Source: Desulfatiglandales bacterium (GTDB lineage: Bacteria; Desulfobacterota; DSM-4660; Desulfatiglandales; Desulfatiglandaceae). From it: a stretch of 64,000 nt of DNA. Position numbers and translations under genes: made by a program. Every line of letters starts with the position of its first letter. Position 1 is the first letter of the stretch. Positions 52,374-63,010 of this stretch are shown here, in pieces. Below the pieces are notes generated by a model that ran no database searches, was not told the DNA's origin, and saw nothing but the letters and a program-made list of their open reading frames with translations. The DNA is taken from positions 864,001-928,000 of the forward strand of contig OY762721.1 in assembly GCA_963666345.1 (NCBI GenBank), read 5' to 3'.

Positions 52374-52912
52374 GGTTCTTCTCCAACTTAGTTGTCGAAG
52401 AGGGTCCAAGGGTCCAAGGATTCAAGGATTCAAGGGTTTTCTCTCCAGGGATCATCGCTTTGGACATTGCCCCGACATCCCCTATTTCCCTTCTTAATCT
52501 CTGAAGCCGCTCTTCTTTCAAATAACCCAGGTCAGCTGATGTCATGTCCCGGGTTTCCAATTCACAGGCTGAACCATATGCAATAAAGAAAAATTGCATA
52601 TACTCTATAGCCGTTTTTTCCCATACCCTCAGGCGGTATCCCTTGACATGAAAACAGCGGATCTTCTGATTCGGGAGGTAAAACAGTATTGCTCATCTTT
52701 AAAAAAACGTTTCGTTTCTTTATACATATGCAAACAAGGTGTATACGATTTTCCCCTAACGTTTAACTGCCTATGATCTTTAAGCTTTTCACTCGAACCC
52801 GCGGCCCCTTGACCCCTCCAAGCCGGGAACCCGCTGCGAAGCAGTGGGACTGAGCTGAGCTAAGCGAGGGCGAAGAATCCTTCATTTAGACCAACTCTTT
52901 TGGAGATGAACC
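52374..52912. mobile_element. Non-autonomous element with TIRs, 8-bp target duplication and four-helix-bundle cargo
   Basis: Left end ggttcttctccaacttagttg vs reverse complement of right end ggttcatctccaaaagagttg (17/21). ATAAAAAT directly flanks both ends (52366-52373, 52913-52920). Confidence 0.85.
52440..52790 (-). pseudogene. Four-helix-bundle protein (23S rRNA IVS-protein/Avd-like family) pseudogene
   Basis: LKDHRQLNVRGKSY...YKETKRFFKDEQYCFTSRIRRSAVFMSRDTA*GYG, then a frameshift into YMQFFFIAYGSACELETR...DLGYL. Follows the family pattern L.VW.KS...FP..E.YGLTSQIRRAAVS...NIAEGYG...IAYGS..ELETQ. Confidence 0.85.
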
Positions 52913-53303
52913 ATAAAAATATCCATCAAAATCCTGTTCATGACAGGCAGACTAACAGAAGATATCACCAATTTAAAGCCCTTTGAAATGTTCCGAAGCC
53001 ATAAAACAGGTTAGTTTGCCGATAACATTATGATAATTGGCTTTTCCAGACCCATTTTTATTTTATTATGGCAGTCCTGCCTCTCTTAGCCGGCTGAGAA
53101 AAGCAGGCTTTCATTATTGAAGTAACAGGATGAGTGCTCCTCACCCATACCCCTTTCTCCTTATTCCCTCCGGTCTCATCTGTTCATCCCTGTCCAAAAA
53201 AAATCTTCCATTCCAGTTACTGATAATATAGTCTGATTGTTCAATTAATGCCCATCCGGAAATTAGGACATACGAACATTAAACTTCAGAGGATATCAAA
53301 AAG

Positions 53304-54086
53304 ATGCCTTCTTTCCTCATATACCTGCTGGTTTTTCTCCTCGGCATTTGTGTTGGAAGCTTTTTAAATGTTTGCATATTCAGACTTCCGTCTGAAGACT
53401 CAATAACAAATCCCCCCAGATCAGTATGTCCTCATTGTCGAAACAGTATCCCCTTCTACGACAATATACCCCTTTTCAGCTATTTCTGGCTAAGGGGCAA
53501 ATGCCGCAGTTGCGGCGGGAAGATATCGTTTAGGTACCCTATGGTTGAATTAATGGGCGGAATCTTCGCCCTTGCCATTTTTAGGCATTACGGTTTTTCA
53601 CTTCCCGCGCTCATCTACTTTGTACTCATATGTTCCCTTGTTGTAATAACCTTCATAGACCTGGATTACGGGATCATACCGGATGTCATTACCCTTCCCG
53701 GGATACCGATAGGTCTGGCGGCATCATTGGTCCTACCATCCATTTCCATTTTCAACGCCCTGCTCGGAATACTGGCCGGAGGAGGGACCCTTTTTATGGT
53801 TGCGTGGATTTACAGCCTCATAACCGGCAAGGAAGGTATGGGCGGGGGTGATATAAAACTACTTGCAATGCTCGGTCCCTTTCTGGGTTGGAAAGGGGTG
53901 TTCTTTACCATATTCGCGGCATCCGTGGTGGGAATGCTGGCTGGAATCATAGAGATGATAAGGCATAGAGAGGGGATGAAGCTTGCGATCCCTTTCGGGC
54001 CTTTTATATCGATTGGAGCTATCCTTTATATCTTTTACGGACCAGGGCTAATGACATGGTACTGGAATTTTATCAGAGCCGTATGA
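53304..54086 (+). CDS. pilD: Prepilin peptidase (A24)
   Basis: GSFLNVCIFRLP, two CxxC motifs, GMGGGDIKL, IPFGPF. Confidence 0.93.
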   Translation: MPSFLIYLLVFLLGICVGSFLNVCIFRLPSEDSITNPPRSVCPHCRNSIPFYDNIPLFSYFWLRGKCRSCGGKISFRYPMVELMGGIFALAIFRHYGFSLPALIYFVLICSLVVITFIDLDYGIIPDVITLPGIPIGLAASLVLPSISIFNALLGILAGGGTLFMVAWIYSLITGKEGMGGGDIKLLAMLGPFLGWKGVFFTIFAASVVGMLAGIIEMIRHREGMKLAIPFGPFISIGAILYIFYGPGLMTWYWNFIRAV

Positions 54087-54264
54087 GGCCAAATCCGCCT
54101 TCCCTTTCATCCCGGGCTCAATTCATTTCTTTCCACCGCACCCTTTCCACCCGTTTGGCCCTTACATATTCAAACGGCTTCAAGATAATCACTGTCCCTG
54201 AAACTGATCCATCAAAAGGTCAAGTCCATTTTTTTGCCAGCTATTTTTCCCTCAGAAGCGGACA

Positions 54265-54289
54265 TTGACTTATTTCCGATCAGGCTTAA
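54265..54289 (+). promoter_or_regulatory. Candidate heat-shock promoter of clpB
   Basis: TTGAC-N14-GCTTAA. Confidence 0.5.
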
Positions 54290-54595
54290 TTTTTTCATGT
54301 ATATGGAATGCTGTTCTTAGGCCCAGGAAAAATTCCCGGCCCTGAGGACCAGGCTCCGGTTTTCATCTCAAAAGTACGAGGTTTCAAAGCCGGGTCTTAG
54401 GATTTCCGACCGAATGCGATGCATAAGGTCTCGGAACGCTTACATCTGAAAAGGCGGCGGAACTGAGAAAATCAAGGGATTACTGGGAGGCGCACTACAA
54501 TAGGCCGCACAAGTGATTCCGCAGGTTGGCGCCGAGATTGTGAAAAACGGCCATTTACGTATGAAAACTATCTGGATAATCGGAGGACAACATAT

Positions 54596-57178
54596 ATGAG
54601 ATTTGACAAATTGACCCTTAAGGCACAAGAAATCGTGCAAAATTCCCTGAAACTCGCCGAGGATAAAGGGCACCAGCAGATAGAGCCTGAGCATATTCTC
54701 AAGGCGATATTGGATCAGCAGGACGGAGTTATACCACCACTTTTGGCAAAGATAGGAGTGGACCGCAATCAGCTCCTGAACTCGGCTGATTCCGCTCTCG
54801 AGAAGATACCGCGTGTCTCAGGCGCAGGTCATGAACAGGCCTACCTCTCCCGCCGCTCCAAGTCCATCCTGGATAACGCCTCTTCAGAGGCGGAACAGAT
54901 GAAAGACGAGTATGTAAGCCTTGAACATATACTCCTTGCCATTGCCGCCGAAGGCAGGGGGGAAGCGGCACGGATCCTTTCTCTCGCAGGCCTTGGGAGG
55001 GATTTCATCCTGAAGGCCCTTGTTGATATACGAGGAGGGCAGAGGATCACCGACCAGAACCCTGAAGACAAATATCAGGCCTTGGAGCGTTTCAGTCAGG
55101 ACCTCACCGCAAGGGCCTCAAAAGGTGATCTTGATCCTGTCATAGGAAGGGACGATGAAATCAGAAGGATCATTCAGGTTCTTTCAAGAAGGACAAAGAA
55201 TAATCCAGTCCTCATAGGGGAGCCGGGCGTAGGCAAAACCGCCATTGTGGAGGGGCTGGCCCAAAGGATCGTTCATGGGGATATCCCTGACACCTTGAAG
55301 GACAAAAGAGTGGTTGCCCTTGACATGGGAGCCCTCATAGCGGGAGCCAAATACCGCGGGGAATTCGAAGACCGCTTGAAGGCAGTGCTCAAGGAAGTGA
55401 CCGGCTCGCAAGGACAGATCATACTTTTCATAGATGAGATGCACACCCTCGTTGGAGCAGGCGCGGCGGAAGGTGCGGTGGATGCCTCAAACATGCTTAA
55501 ACCGGCGCTTGCCAGAGGAGAACTCCGATGCGTAGGGGCCACCACCATAAAGGAATACAGGAAATATATCGAAAAAGATGCGGCGTTTGAAAGACGATTT
55601 CAGCCCGTTATGGTTGAAGAGCCTACAGTGGAGGACACTATCTCCATCCTCCGCGGGCTTAAAGAAAAGTATGAGGTTCACCACGGGGTCAGGATTAAGG
55701 ATTCGGCGCTGGTGGCTGCGGCGAATCTTTCTCACCGTTATATAACCGACCGATTTCTTCCCGATAAGGCGATCGATCTCATAGACGAGGCCACCTCAAG
55801 GCTTCGAATTGAAATCGACAGCATGCCTGCGGAGATAGACGACGTTAAGAGAAAGTCCACGCAACTCGAAATTGAAAGAGAGGCCTTGAAAAAGGAAAAG
55901 GACCCCGCTTCCAGGGACAGGCTCAAGAAGCTGGAGCAGGAGCTTGGAGATCTCAAAGCGAGCACCGAGGAGATGGTATCTCACTGGAAAAGGGAAAAAC
56001 AGGCCATTTCAAAGATAGGTGAAATCAAGGAAAGGCTTGAGTCGACAAGGTCTGCGGCACAGGCTGCGGAACGGCAGGGGGACTTGTCAAGGGCTGCCGA
56101 ATTGAAATACGGCACCCTTATACAGCTGGAAAAGGACCTCAAAGAACAAAATGAGAAACTGGCAGAACTTCAGAAGGATAAAAAAATACTGAAAGAGGAG
56201 GTGGAAAGCGAAGACATAGCGGAGGTATTGGCCAAATGGACCGGGATTCCCGTATCCAGGATGATGGAAGGTGAAAGGGAGAAGCTACTCAAGATGGAGG
56301 AACGTCTGGGCAGGCGCGTGGTCGGGCAGGAAAAGGCCATAAACGCGGTTTCCAATGCCGTCAGAAGAGCCAGGTCAGGCCTCCAGGATCCTGACAGGCC
56401 GATAGGATCTTTCATATTCATGGGTCCTACGGGAGTCGGCAAGACCGAGCTTGCAAGGGCCGTTGCCCAGTTCTTGTTCGATGACGAACAATACATGGTA
56501 AGGATCGACATGTCCGAATACATGGAAAAGCATTCGGTCGCCCGTCTGATCGGAGCCCCCCCGGGATATGTCGGTTATGAGGAAGGAGGGTATCTGACAG
56601 AGGCGGTCAGAAGGCACCCTTACTCAGTGGTACTTTTCGATGAAATCGAAAAGGCCCATCCCGATGTATTCAACGCCCTTTTACAGATACTGGACGACGG
56701 ACGGATGACGGATGGAAAAGGCAGGACCGTGGACTTCAAAAACACGGTACTGATAATGACATCCAATGTGGGAAGCCAGTGGATACGGGAACTGGGAATC
56801 AGCGACAATGCCGAGATGGAAAAAAGGGTCATGGAATCGCTCAGGGCCACATTCAAGCCTGAATTTCTGAACAGGATAGATGAAATCGTGATCTTCAACT
56901 CACTCGGAAATGAAGAGATAAAGAAAATCGTTCAGATCCAGATCGGGCTCCTGGCAAAACGCCTCTCAACCAGCAAGATTTCAATCGAATTGAGCAACGC
57001 GGCTGAAAACTTCATGGCAAAAACAGGGTTTGATTCCCTCTACGGAGCAAGACCGCTTAGAAGATCGATCCAGCAACTGATTCAGGACCCTCTTGCGGTA
57101 AAGATACTTGAGGGCTCTGTTAAGGAAGGCGACCTTGTCAAGGTGGATGTAAAGGGGGGTGATCTTGTCATTGAATAG
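54596..57178 (+). CDS. clpB: Chaperone ClpB
   Basis: Two AAA+ modules ([16 protein letters not shown]) and a coiled-coil middle domain. Confidence 0.97.
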   Translation: MRFDKLTLKAQEIVQNSLKLAEDKGHQQIEPEHILKAILDQQDGVIPPLLAKIGVDRNQLLNSADSALEKIPRVSGAGHEQAYLSRRSKSILDNASSEAEQMKDEYVSLEHILLAIAAEGRGEAARILSLAGLGRDFILKALVDIRGGQRITDQNPEDKYQALERFSQDLTARASKGDLDPVIGRDDEIRRIIQVLSRRTKNNPVLIGEPGVGKTAIVEGLAQRIVHGDIPDTLKDKRVVALDMGALIAGAKYRGEFEDRLKAVLKEVTGSQGQIILFIDEMHTLVGAGAAEGAVDASNMLKPALARGELRCVGATTIKEYRKYIEKDAAFERRFQPVMVEEPTVEDTISILRGLKEKYEVHHGVRIKDSALVAAANLSHRYITDRFLPDKAIDLIDEATSRLRIEIDSMPAEIDDVKRKSTQLEIEREALKKEKDPASRDRLKKLEQELGDLKASTEEMVSHWKREKQAISKIGEIKERLESTRSAAQAAERQGDLSRAAELKYGTLIQLEKDLKEQNEKLAELQKDKKILKEEVESEDIAEVLAKWTGIPVSRMMEGEREKLLKMEERLGRRVVGQEKAINAVSNAVRRARSGLQDPDRPIGSFIFMGPTGVGKTELARAVAQFLFDDEQYMVRIDMSEYMEKHSVARLIGAPPGYVGYEEGGYLTEAVRRHPYSVVLFDEIEKAHPDVFNALLQILDDGRMTDGKGRTVDFKNTVLIMTSNVGSQWIRELGISDNAEMEKRVMESLRATFKPEFLNRIDEIVIFNSLGNEEIKKIVQIQIGLLAKRLSTSKISIELSNAAENFMAKTGFDSLYGARPLRRSIQQLIQDPLAVKILEGSVKEGDLVKVDVKGGDLVIE

Positions 57179-57202
57179 GTCTGAAATTACCGGTTTTTGA
57201 TT

Positions 57203-57236
57203 TCAAGGCCCTCCCCTTTTACGGGAGAGGGCCTTG
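57203..57236. terminator. Hairpin between convergent clpB and the IHF-like gene
   Basis: tcaaggccctc...gagggccttga. Confidence 0.65.
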
Positions 57237-57260
57237 ATCACGGCCGGTGAGAAAGTCGCG

Positions 57261-57605
57261 CTACCTTGAATTCATGTGATCCCGCAGTTTTTTTGACACC
57301 TTGAACGTGACGGTTCTGCGTGGTCTTATCATAATCGTTTCACCTGTCTGGGGATTTCTTCCCCTTCTTGCCCATTTAAATCTTACCTGAAATTTTCCGA
57401 ATCCCTTTATCTTTACATCCTCGCCGCCTTCAAGTGTATCCTTGATCTTATTGAAAAGGCAGTCTACCAGGGTTGCGGCCCTTTTTTTCTCAAGCCTTAT
57501 ATAATCCATTTCAGGGAAGAGATATATCTGCCTCGACTTACCACGCCTTTTAAGGTGTACCTTGTCGATGATGCTTGTGACAAGATCCGTCTTTGTGAGT
57601 GACAT
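57261..57605 (-). CDS. HU/IHF-family DNA-binding protein (IHF-alpha-like, with insertion)
   Basis: MSLTKTDL, IKGFGKF, RRGRNPQTGE. Confidence 0.88.
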   Translation of the reverse strand: MSLTKTDLVTSIIDKVHLKRRGKSRQIYLFPEMDYIRLEKKRAATLVDCLFNKIKDTLEGGEDVKIKGFGKFQVRFKWARRGRNPQTGETIMIRPRRTVTFKVSKKLRDHMNSR

Positions 57606-57709
57606 ATCGGATTCAAACCCAGTGAAAGATATTTATAGTTTCATGCCGGATCCCTGAACACGCCCTTCCGAACGGAAGGATCTCTTACATTCCGTCTCTT
57701 ACGACATTA

Positions 57710-58861
57710 TCAAAAAGCGCCTATAAGTCTTGCGATAACAAGGCGCTGAACCTCAGAAGTTCCCTCCCCTATCTCAAGTAGTTTCTGGTCCCTGTAAAAC
57801 CTTTCGACGTCATATTCTTTCATGAGCCCGTATCCTCCGTGCAGTTGTACCGCATGATTGGCACACCGGTACATGACCTCAGAGCAGTAGAGCTTTGCCA
57901 TTGCCGCCTCTTTTGAAAATGCTCTGTCATTGTCTCTCAACCAGCACGCCTTGTAAAGGATAAGTCGGGCGCATTCGATCTCCATGGCCATATCGGCCGT
58001 CTTAAAGGCATTCACCTGGAAATTCAGGATCGGTTTGCCGAACTGAACCCGTTCCTTTCCATATTTCAGGGCAAGCTCGAAACAGCCCTGAGCCCCGCCC
58101 AGGCCCATTGCTCCTATGGACAGACGCCCTCCGTCAAGGGTCTGCATCATCTGATAAAAGCCGTGTCCTCTCGGACCGAGCATGTTTTTCTTCGGTACGG
58201 CACAATCGTCGAAGTAGAGTTCACTGGTGTTTGAGCCTCTCCACATAAGCTTTCCATGCATCTCCCTTGCCTCATATCCCTTGGTGCCCGATTCGACAAG
58301 GATACACGAAAGCTCAGGCCTTTTATCCTCCCTTGTGCCTGTTCTACACAGGGCTGTCACCCCTGAACTTATCTTTGTGGAGGCGTTCGTAATAAAAATC
58401 TTACTCCCGTTGATAACCCACTCATCGCCTTTCATATTTGCGGTCGTCTTTGAATTGCTGGCGTCTGACCCTGCATTCGGTTCGGTAAGCCCGAACCCCC
58501 AGAGGCCTTTTCCGCTGCAGAGGGAAGGAAGATAGCGCTGTTTCTGATCTTCACTGCCGAAATAATAGATCGGTCCTATACCCAGTGAATTACCGGCTGC
58601 CACGGTAGCGGCATGAGACCCGTCGACGCGTGCTATCTCTTCGGTAGCGATAATGTATGAGATATAATCCATCCCCTGTCCGCCATATTTTTCAGAGACA
58701 AACATCCCGAAAAGCCCGAGATCAGCCATCTTCCGCATGGTTTCATAGGAAAACTCTTCTTTTTCATCGAGTTCCCCAGCAACCGGCTTTATCTCATTTT
58801 CGGCAAATTCACGCACTGAATTTCGCAGAATCTCCTGTTCCATGGAAAGGCTGAAATCCAT
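57710..58861 (-). CDS. Acyl-CoA dehydrogenase
   Basis: FGLTEPNAGSDA, INGSKIFITN, QLHGGYG, IGEGTSEVQR. Confidence 0.93.
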   Translation of the reverse strand: MDFSLSMEQEILRNSVREFAENEIKPVAGELDEKEEFSYETMRKMADLGLFGMFVSEKYGGQGMDYISYIIATEEIARVDGSHAATVAAGNSLGIGPIYYFGSEDQKQRYLPSLCSGKGLWGFGLTEPNAGSDASNSKTTANMKGDEWVINGSKIFITNASTKISSGVTALCRTGTREDKRPELSCILVESGTKGYEAREMHGKLMWRGSNTSELYFDDCAVPKKNMLGPRGHGFYQMMQTLDGGRLSIGAMGLGGAQGCFELALKYGKERVQFGKPILNFQVNAFKTADMAMEIECARLILYKACWLRDNDRAFSKEAAMAKLYCSEVMYRCANHAVQLHGGYGLMKEYDVERFYRDQKLLEIGEGTSEVQRLVIARLIGAF

Positions 58862-59647
58862 ATCGACTCCTTTGATTTAGATTGTATTGTAAATAGAATA
58901 GATCACCTTTTTTTTGATAAACAAAAAAATGCCGGCTATTTCGCCAGAGATATTCCTTAAGAAAATTCAGTCTAATCAAGGATCTTTTTGATATCGAAAA
59001 ATTTTGAACGAAAATCTATACAGAGGCCGCAGTAAAAAGGAACGTCTTGTCTCAGTTCGATAATGACGGTAATTGGATAGACTGCACATGGCAGGCTGTT
59101 TTCAGGTTTCCATAACCAGAAGGCAATTTTTTCAATAATAAGGGAGGCAGGCCTTTTCTGCTCTACCGTCAAGGCATAAGCTTTTGCCGGTATTTGTCGC
59201 TTGCCGATATTTACTATAGATTAATTTATTTCGGCATGTCAACCCATTGCATGTTATCCCGAAACCGACTTCGGTAATATGACTGATAATATATCTTTTC
59301 AATTACAAGAATAATGCAGTCGCCCCTCAAAAACTTCATACACGCCCAAAAAGCCTCATTGTATATGCCAGGGCCTGCATGCGGATAAAAAAAAGAGCTG
59401 AACACGAATCCCACCCGAGGCATAAAGAAATGACAGCCGAAAATCAGCTTGACAAAAGTTATAGACTTAAGCACTAGTTAATATTTATGGATAATCTTTC
59501 CATAAGTTGAAGTTGATCAGACAAGACAGTTAAATCACCTCCGGCTTGGTGGTTGTAATCCCGGAGGTTTCAAGGCTTCGAGATGACATGGGCTATAAAC
59601 AAATCGATATTTGCCATATTTTCGATAGACAGGATGGTAATACTTAA

Positions 59648-60193
59648 ATGAACCTTGGGTTAATGATTCGCAAGTGTCGAAAAGAGAGAAAGCTGACATT
59701 GAAAATTGTGGCGCAGAAGGCCGGGATCTCCGAGGGTTTTCTGAGTCAGGTCGAAAACAGAGTAAAATCACCCTCTGTGGAAACCCTTATCAATATCTGC
59801 AATGCCATAGGTATTAATGCGGGTGATCTACTGAACAATATAGAAAAAAGTGAAAGACTGGTTCTCATTCGCAGGGCTGAGTGGGACGACATCGATTTGC
59901 CTCACACCGGCTTTGTGACCAGACGTTTTTTTCCACCTGAAGACAGGAAGGTTATTGACAGCGCCATACTGGTAATAGAGCCTGAAAAATCGATACCTGT
60001 GCGAAAAAACCTGAAAGACGTTCAGGAGGCCCTGTGCATACTGAAGGGTTCGGTCGAGCTTGTACACGGCTCCCGTATCATAGAACTTGGAGAGGGAGAT
60101 GCCGTGCACTACTGGTCAAACAGTGAAAAGCAGAAGATCACAAACCGCAGCGGGGAAATTGCGATAGCTTTCTGGGTAGGAACCATTCAGTAA
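59648..60193 (+). CDS. XRE-family regulator with cupin sensor domain
   Basis: N-terminal HTH (SEGFLSQVEN...PSVETL) and a C-terminal cupin. Confidence 0.88.
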   Translation: MNLGLMIRKCRKERKLTLKIVAQKAGISEGFLSQVENRVKSPSVETLINICNAIGINAGDLLNNIEKSERLVLIRRAEWDDIDLPHTGFVTRRFFPPEDRKVIDSAILVIEPEKSIPVRKNLKDVQEALCILKGSVELVHGSRIIELGEGDAVHYWSNSEKQKITNRSGEIAIAFWVGTIQ

Positions 60194-60228
60194 GGCCCCA
60201 AGAGGGTATTCCGGATGGAAACCGATCA

Positions 60229-61311
60229 TCATGTCTCCGAAGTATTGAGAAGATATATCCCCAGGGGGAAAAATACGAGATTCGCAGTCCAGGCGGATAT
60301 AAATGGGGGCAGAACGCCTGACAAACCGAGCGACCTGGTAAGACCCAGCAGCACAAGATAGAGGAAACAGGCACCTATGCCCGCGGCAACGGCAAGAGGC
60401 GTCCCCCCTCTTTTGAGGTTCATCACTATGGCTACACCCAGTATTGCCATAACTATATTGATGAACGGAAACGCCAGTTTCACGTTCATGTCAACTCGGT
60501 ATCTGGTAGGGTCATAACCCTCCCGTTTTATTTTTTCAGCATATCGTTTAAGCTGCCAGTAGCTCATTTCTTCAGGATTTCTTATCTTTTTCACAAAATC
60601 TTCAGGCCTTTCACGTATATCCAGCCTGTAATCGGAAATCCTTTCCATTCCGTATTCGTTCTGTTCAGTGGGTCTTTGAATAATCCCCTCCGCCACAAAC
60701 CACCCATTCCCCTTCCAGGCCACCCATGATGAATCGATTCTTGTCTTAAGCCTGAAATTTTCATCGAAGAAATAGAAGGTGCAGTCATGCATCTCCATCT
60801 TTTCAGGGTCAAAATGATTTATCCAGTAGATGGAATCATCACCCTTGTACCAGATATTGTTCTGACCGTAGAGTCTGGGCTGCCCCCGCCTGTTGACCGA
60901 TATATCCCATATCTCATTGCTTTTTGAACTGCTGAAAGGCACGATGAGTTCGGAAAAAAGAAAGAGGAACAGTGCAAGCCCGGCAGATAGGATTAATACG
61001 GGCCTGGTCAAATCGAATACACTCACGCCGCATGATTTCAGGGCGGTTATTTCATTTCTCTTTTCCATGAGGCTGAGCATGACTATGACGGACAGGAGCG
61101 CAGCAACAGGAAGCATCTGGATAATTATGAAAGGAGTCTTGTAGAAAAAGTAGGCGAACATGGGGCCGATGGACGCGCCCGACTCCACAAAGTTATCCAC
61201 CTTCTGGATAAAATCTATTATCAGATATATGGAAACAAAGATCAGCAGAAAAAAGACGAGATATCGAAGCAGCTCTCTTGAAATATACCTTGCTATTACT
61301 CCCGGTTTCAT
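60229..61311 (-). CDS. lptG: LPS export permease LptG
   Basis: YjgP/Q-family layout, RNEITALKSCGVS, AWTANL. Confidence 0.85.
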   Translation of the reverse strand: MKPGVIARYISRELLRYLVFFLLIFVSIYLIIDFIQKVDNFVESGASIGPMFAYFFYKTPFIIIQMLPVAALLSVIVMLSLMEKRNEITALKSCGVSVFDLTRPVLILSAGLALFLFLFSELIVPFSSSKSNEIWDISVNRRGQPRLYGQNNIWYKGDDSIYWINHFDPEKMEMHDCTFYFFDENFRLKTRIDSSWVAWKGNGWFVAEGIIQRPTEQNEYGMERISDYRLDIRERPEDFVKKIRNPEEMSYWQLKRYAEKIKREGYDPTRYRVDMNVKLAFPFINIVMAILGVAIVMNLKRGGTPLAVAAGIGACFLYLVLLGLTRSLGLSGVLPPFISAWTANLVFFPLGIYLLNTSET

Positions 61312-61317
61312 AACGCT

Positions 61318-62469
61318 CTACCTTTTTCTCAGTCTCATAAAGACGGCCTCGAGGATATTAATCGACTCTTCGCGCTCGGCTCGTCTGATAAGCACAATAA
61401 AGGCCGCCATAAGTAATATGACCGGCATAAAGGCCCCTATTACCGGGCTGACCATCCCTGTTTCACATATGCTTTGTGCCCCCGCGAGGCAGAAATAGTA
61501 AAGCATAAACACACCCAGGCTGACTCCTATGCCGGTGGACATACCGCTTGATTTCAGCTGAGCACCCAGCGGCAGGCCCAGTAGACCCATAAAAAATACG
61601 GCAAGCGGCATGGAAATCTTTTCGAAAAATACGATCAGCACCTCATTTAGACTTGTATTTCCCTTATCATGGGCCTTTATGTGAGAAATCAGTTCCCTCA
61701 CTCCGAGCTCCTTTGGCCCTTTCTGCCTCCTTTCCAGCGCGGCCATTATATCCTTAAGGCCCATGTTGAGATCGTAGGTGGAAAACTTTATCGATCTGGC
61801 CGAGGCCAGCTTCTTGTCAACCATAAAAATAGTGCCGTTTACAAAGTGCAGGTTGATCATCTTCTTTCCCTCAATCGGGGCAATCATTCCCTCCTGAGCC
61901 ACAATCGTGTAAGTCACCTTATCATCCCGCCTGTCAACGACAAAGACCTCTTTCATGGAATTCTCTCTGCTTGAAAAACTTTTGACGTAAAAGGTGACGT
62001 TATCAAAGGGCTGAGAAAAGATTCTTTCCTTTATACCCATATTTGTTTGAGACTGAACTACCTGAAAAAGCAATCCCTTATAGGATCGGTAGCCCCAGGG
62101 GACCGCAAAAATTCCTGTAAAAAGTGAGATCAAAAGCCCTATGGATGCGATGATCAGGGTAGGCTGAAGCAACTGATAGATACCGATTCCACACGATTTC
62201 AGGGCGATTATCTCATTGTCGGACGAAAGCCTGAGAAACGCCAGCACCACCGACATCAGAACCGTGGCAGGAAGCGCGAAGGCAATCATATCGGGCAGCA
62301 GATAAAGAAGCATCCTCAGGACATACCCGGGGTTTACTCCCCTGTCGACGATCATTTCGGTAATGGAAAGCATTCTTGTGGTCAGGAGTATAAAGACCGC
62401 TACAAGCAGACTTACCACGAAGGTGGGGGCAATCTCCCGCAGGATATATCTATTGAGAGTTTTTCTCAT
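61318..62469 (-). CDS. lptF: LPS export permease LptF
   Basis: RLSSDNEIIALKSCGI; paired with lptG. Confidence 0.85.
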   Translation of the reverse strand: MRKTLNRYILREIAPTFVVSLLVAVFILLTTRMLSITEMIVDRGVNPGYVLRMLLYLLPDMIAFALPATVLMSVVLAFLRLSSDNEIIALKSCGIGIYQLLQPTLIIASIGLLISLFTGIFAVPWGYRSYKGLLFQVVQSQTNMGIKERIFSQPFDNVTFYVKSFSSRENSMKEVFVVDRRDDKVTYTIVAQEGMIAPIEGKKMINLHFVNGTIFMVDKKLASARSIKFSTYDLNMGLKDIMAALERRQKGPKELGVRELISHIKAHDKGNTSLNEVLIVFFEKISMPLAVFFMGLLGLPLGAQLKSSGMSTGIGVSLGVFMLYYFCLAGAQSICETGMVSPVIGAFMPVILLMAAFIVLIRRAEREESINILEAVFMRLRKR

Positions 62470-62488
62470 TGCTCATTTTCCGGCATAT

Positions 62489-63010
62489 TTAGTTGGAGTC
62501 ATGAAGCTTTTCGAGTGCCCAGGAATCTATCTCAACGGATAGAGAACGATTCAGCAGCTCTACGGAGACAACCACCTTTTCTTTCTGAAACCTGTGCCTT
62601 ATGTAGAAACCGGTCAGTCCTCTGAGTGGTCCCTCCATTATCATGACCCTGTCGCCTTTGTTCATGTATGAACGATTTTCAACGGTTCGATCGGTACCGT
62701 CCAGTATCATCAATGATTTTATCTCTTCCTCGTTGGCCGGAACAGGGCGGCCCTTAAACCCGAGCATCCGGACTATCCCCACTGTCTTGAGAATATTCAG
62801 ATGCTCATGCGGTTCAAGACATGAACGGACAAAGAGGTAGCCCGGAAGCATGGGGACGTAGATCTTTTTAGGGCGGTCCCTGCGCCTGCTTATCACCTGA
62901 ACCTGAGGAAGGAACGCCTCCAAAGACTTGCCCCTGAGTCCATCGTAAACCTTCTGCTCAAAATTGCTTCGAGTGTGAAGAGCATACCATTTTGTTTCTT
63001 CATCAGTCAT
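62489..63010 (-). CDS. NusG-paralog transcription antiterminator (UpxY/LoaP-like)
   Basis: WYALHTRSNFEQKV, PMLPGYLFV, KOW motif GDRVMIMEGPLRG. Confidence 0.85.
   Translation of the reverse strand: MTDEETKWYALHTRSNFEQKVYDGLRGKSLEAFLPQVQVISRRRDRPKKIYVPMLPGYLFVRSCLEPHEHLNILKTVGIVRMLGFKGRPVPANEEEIKSLMILDGTDRTVENRSYMNKGDRVMIMEGPLRGLTGFYIRHRFQKEKVVVSVELLNRSLSVEIDSWALEKLHDSN

Noticed and set aside
52440..52790. Diversity-generating retroelement, because of the Avd-like gene
   Set aside because: No reverse transcriptase and no template/variable repeat pair with adenine-specific mismatches; the 39.0/50.6 kb repeats are non-coding and differ at all bases.
53115..53142. CIRCE half-site GAGTGCT
   Set aside because: No TTAGCACTC arm 9 bp upstream and it does not precede a chaperone gene.
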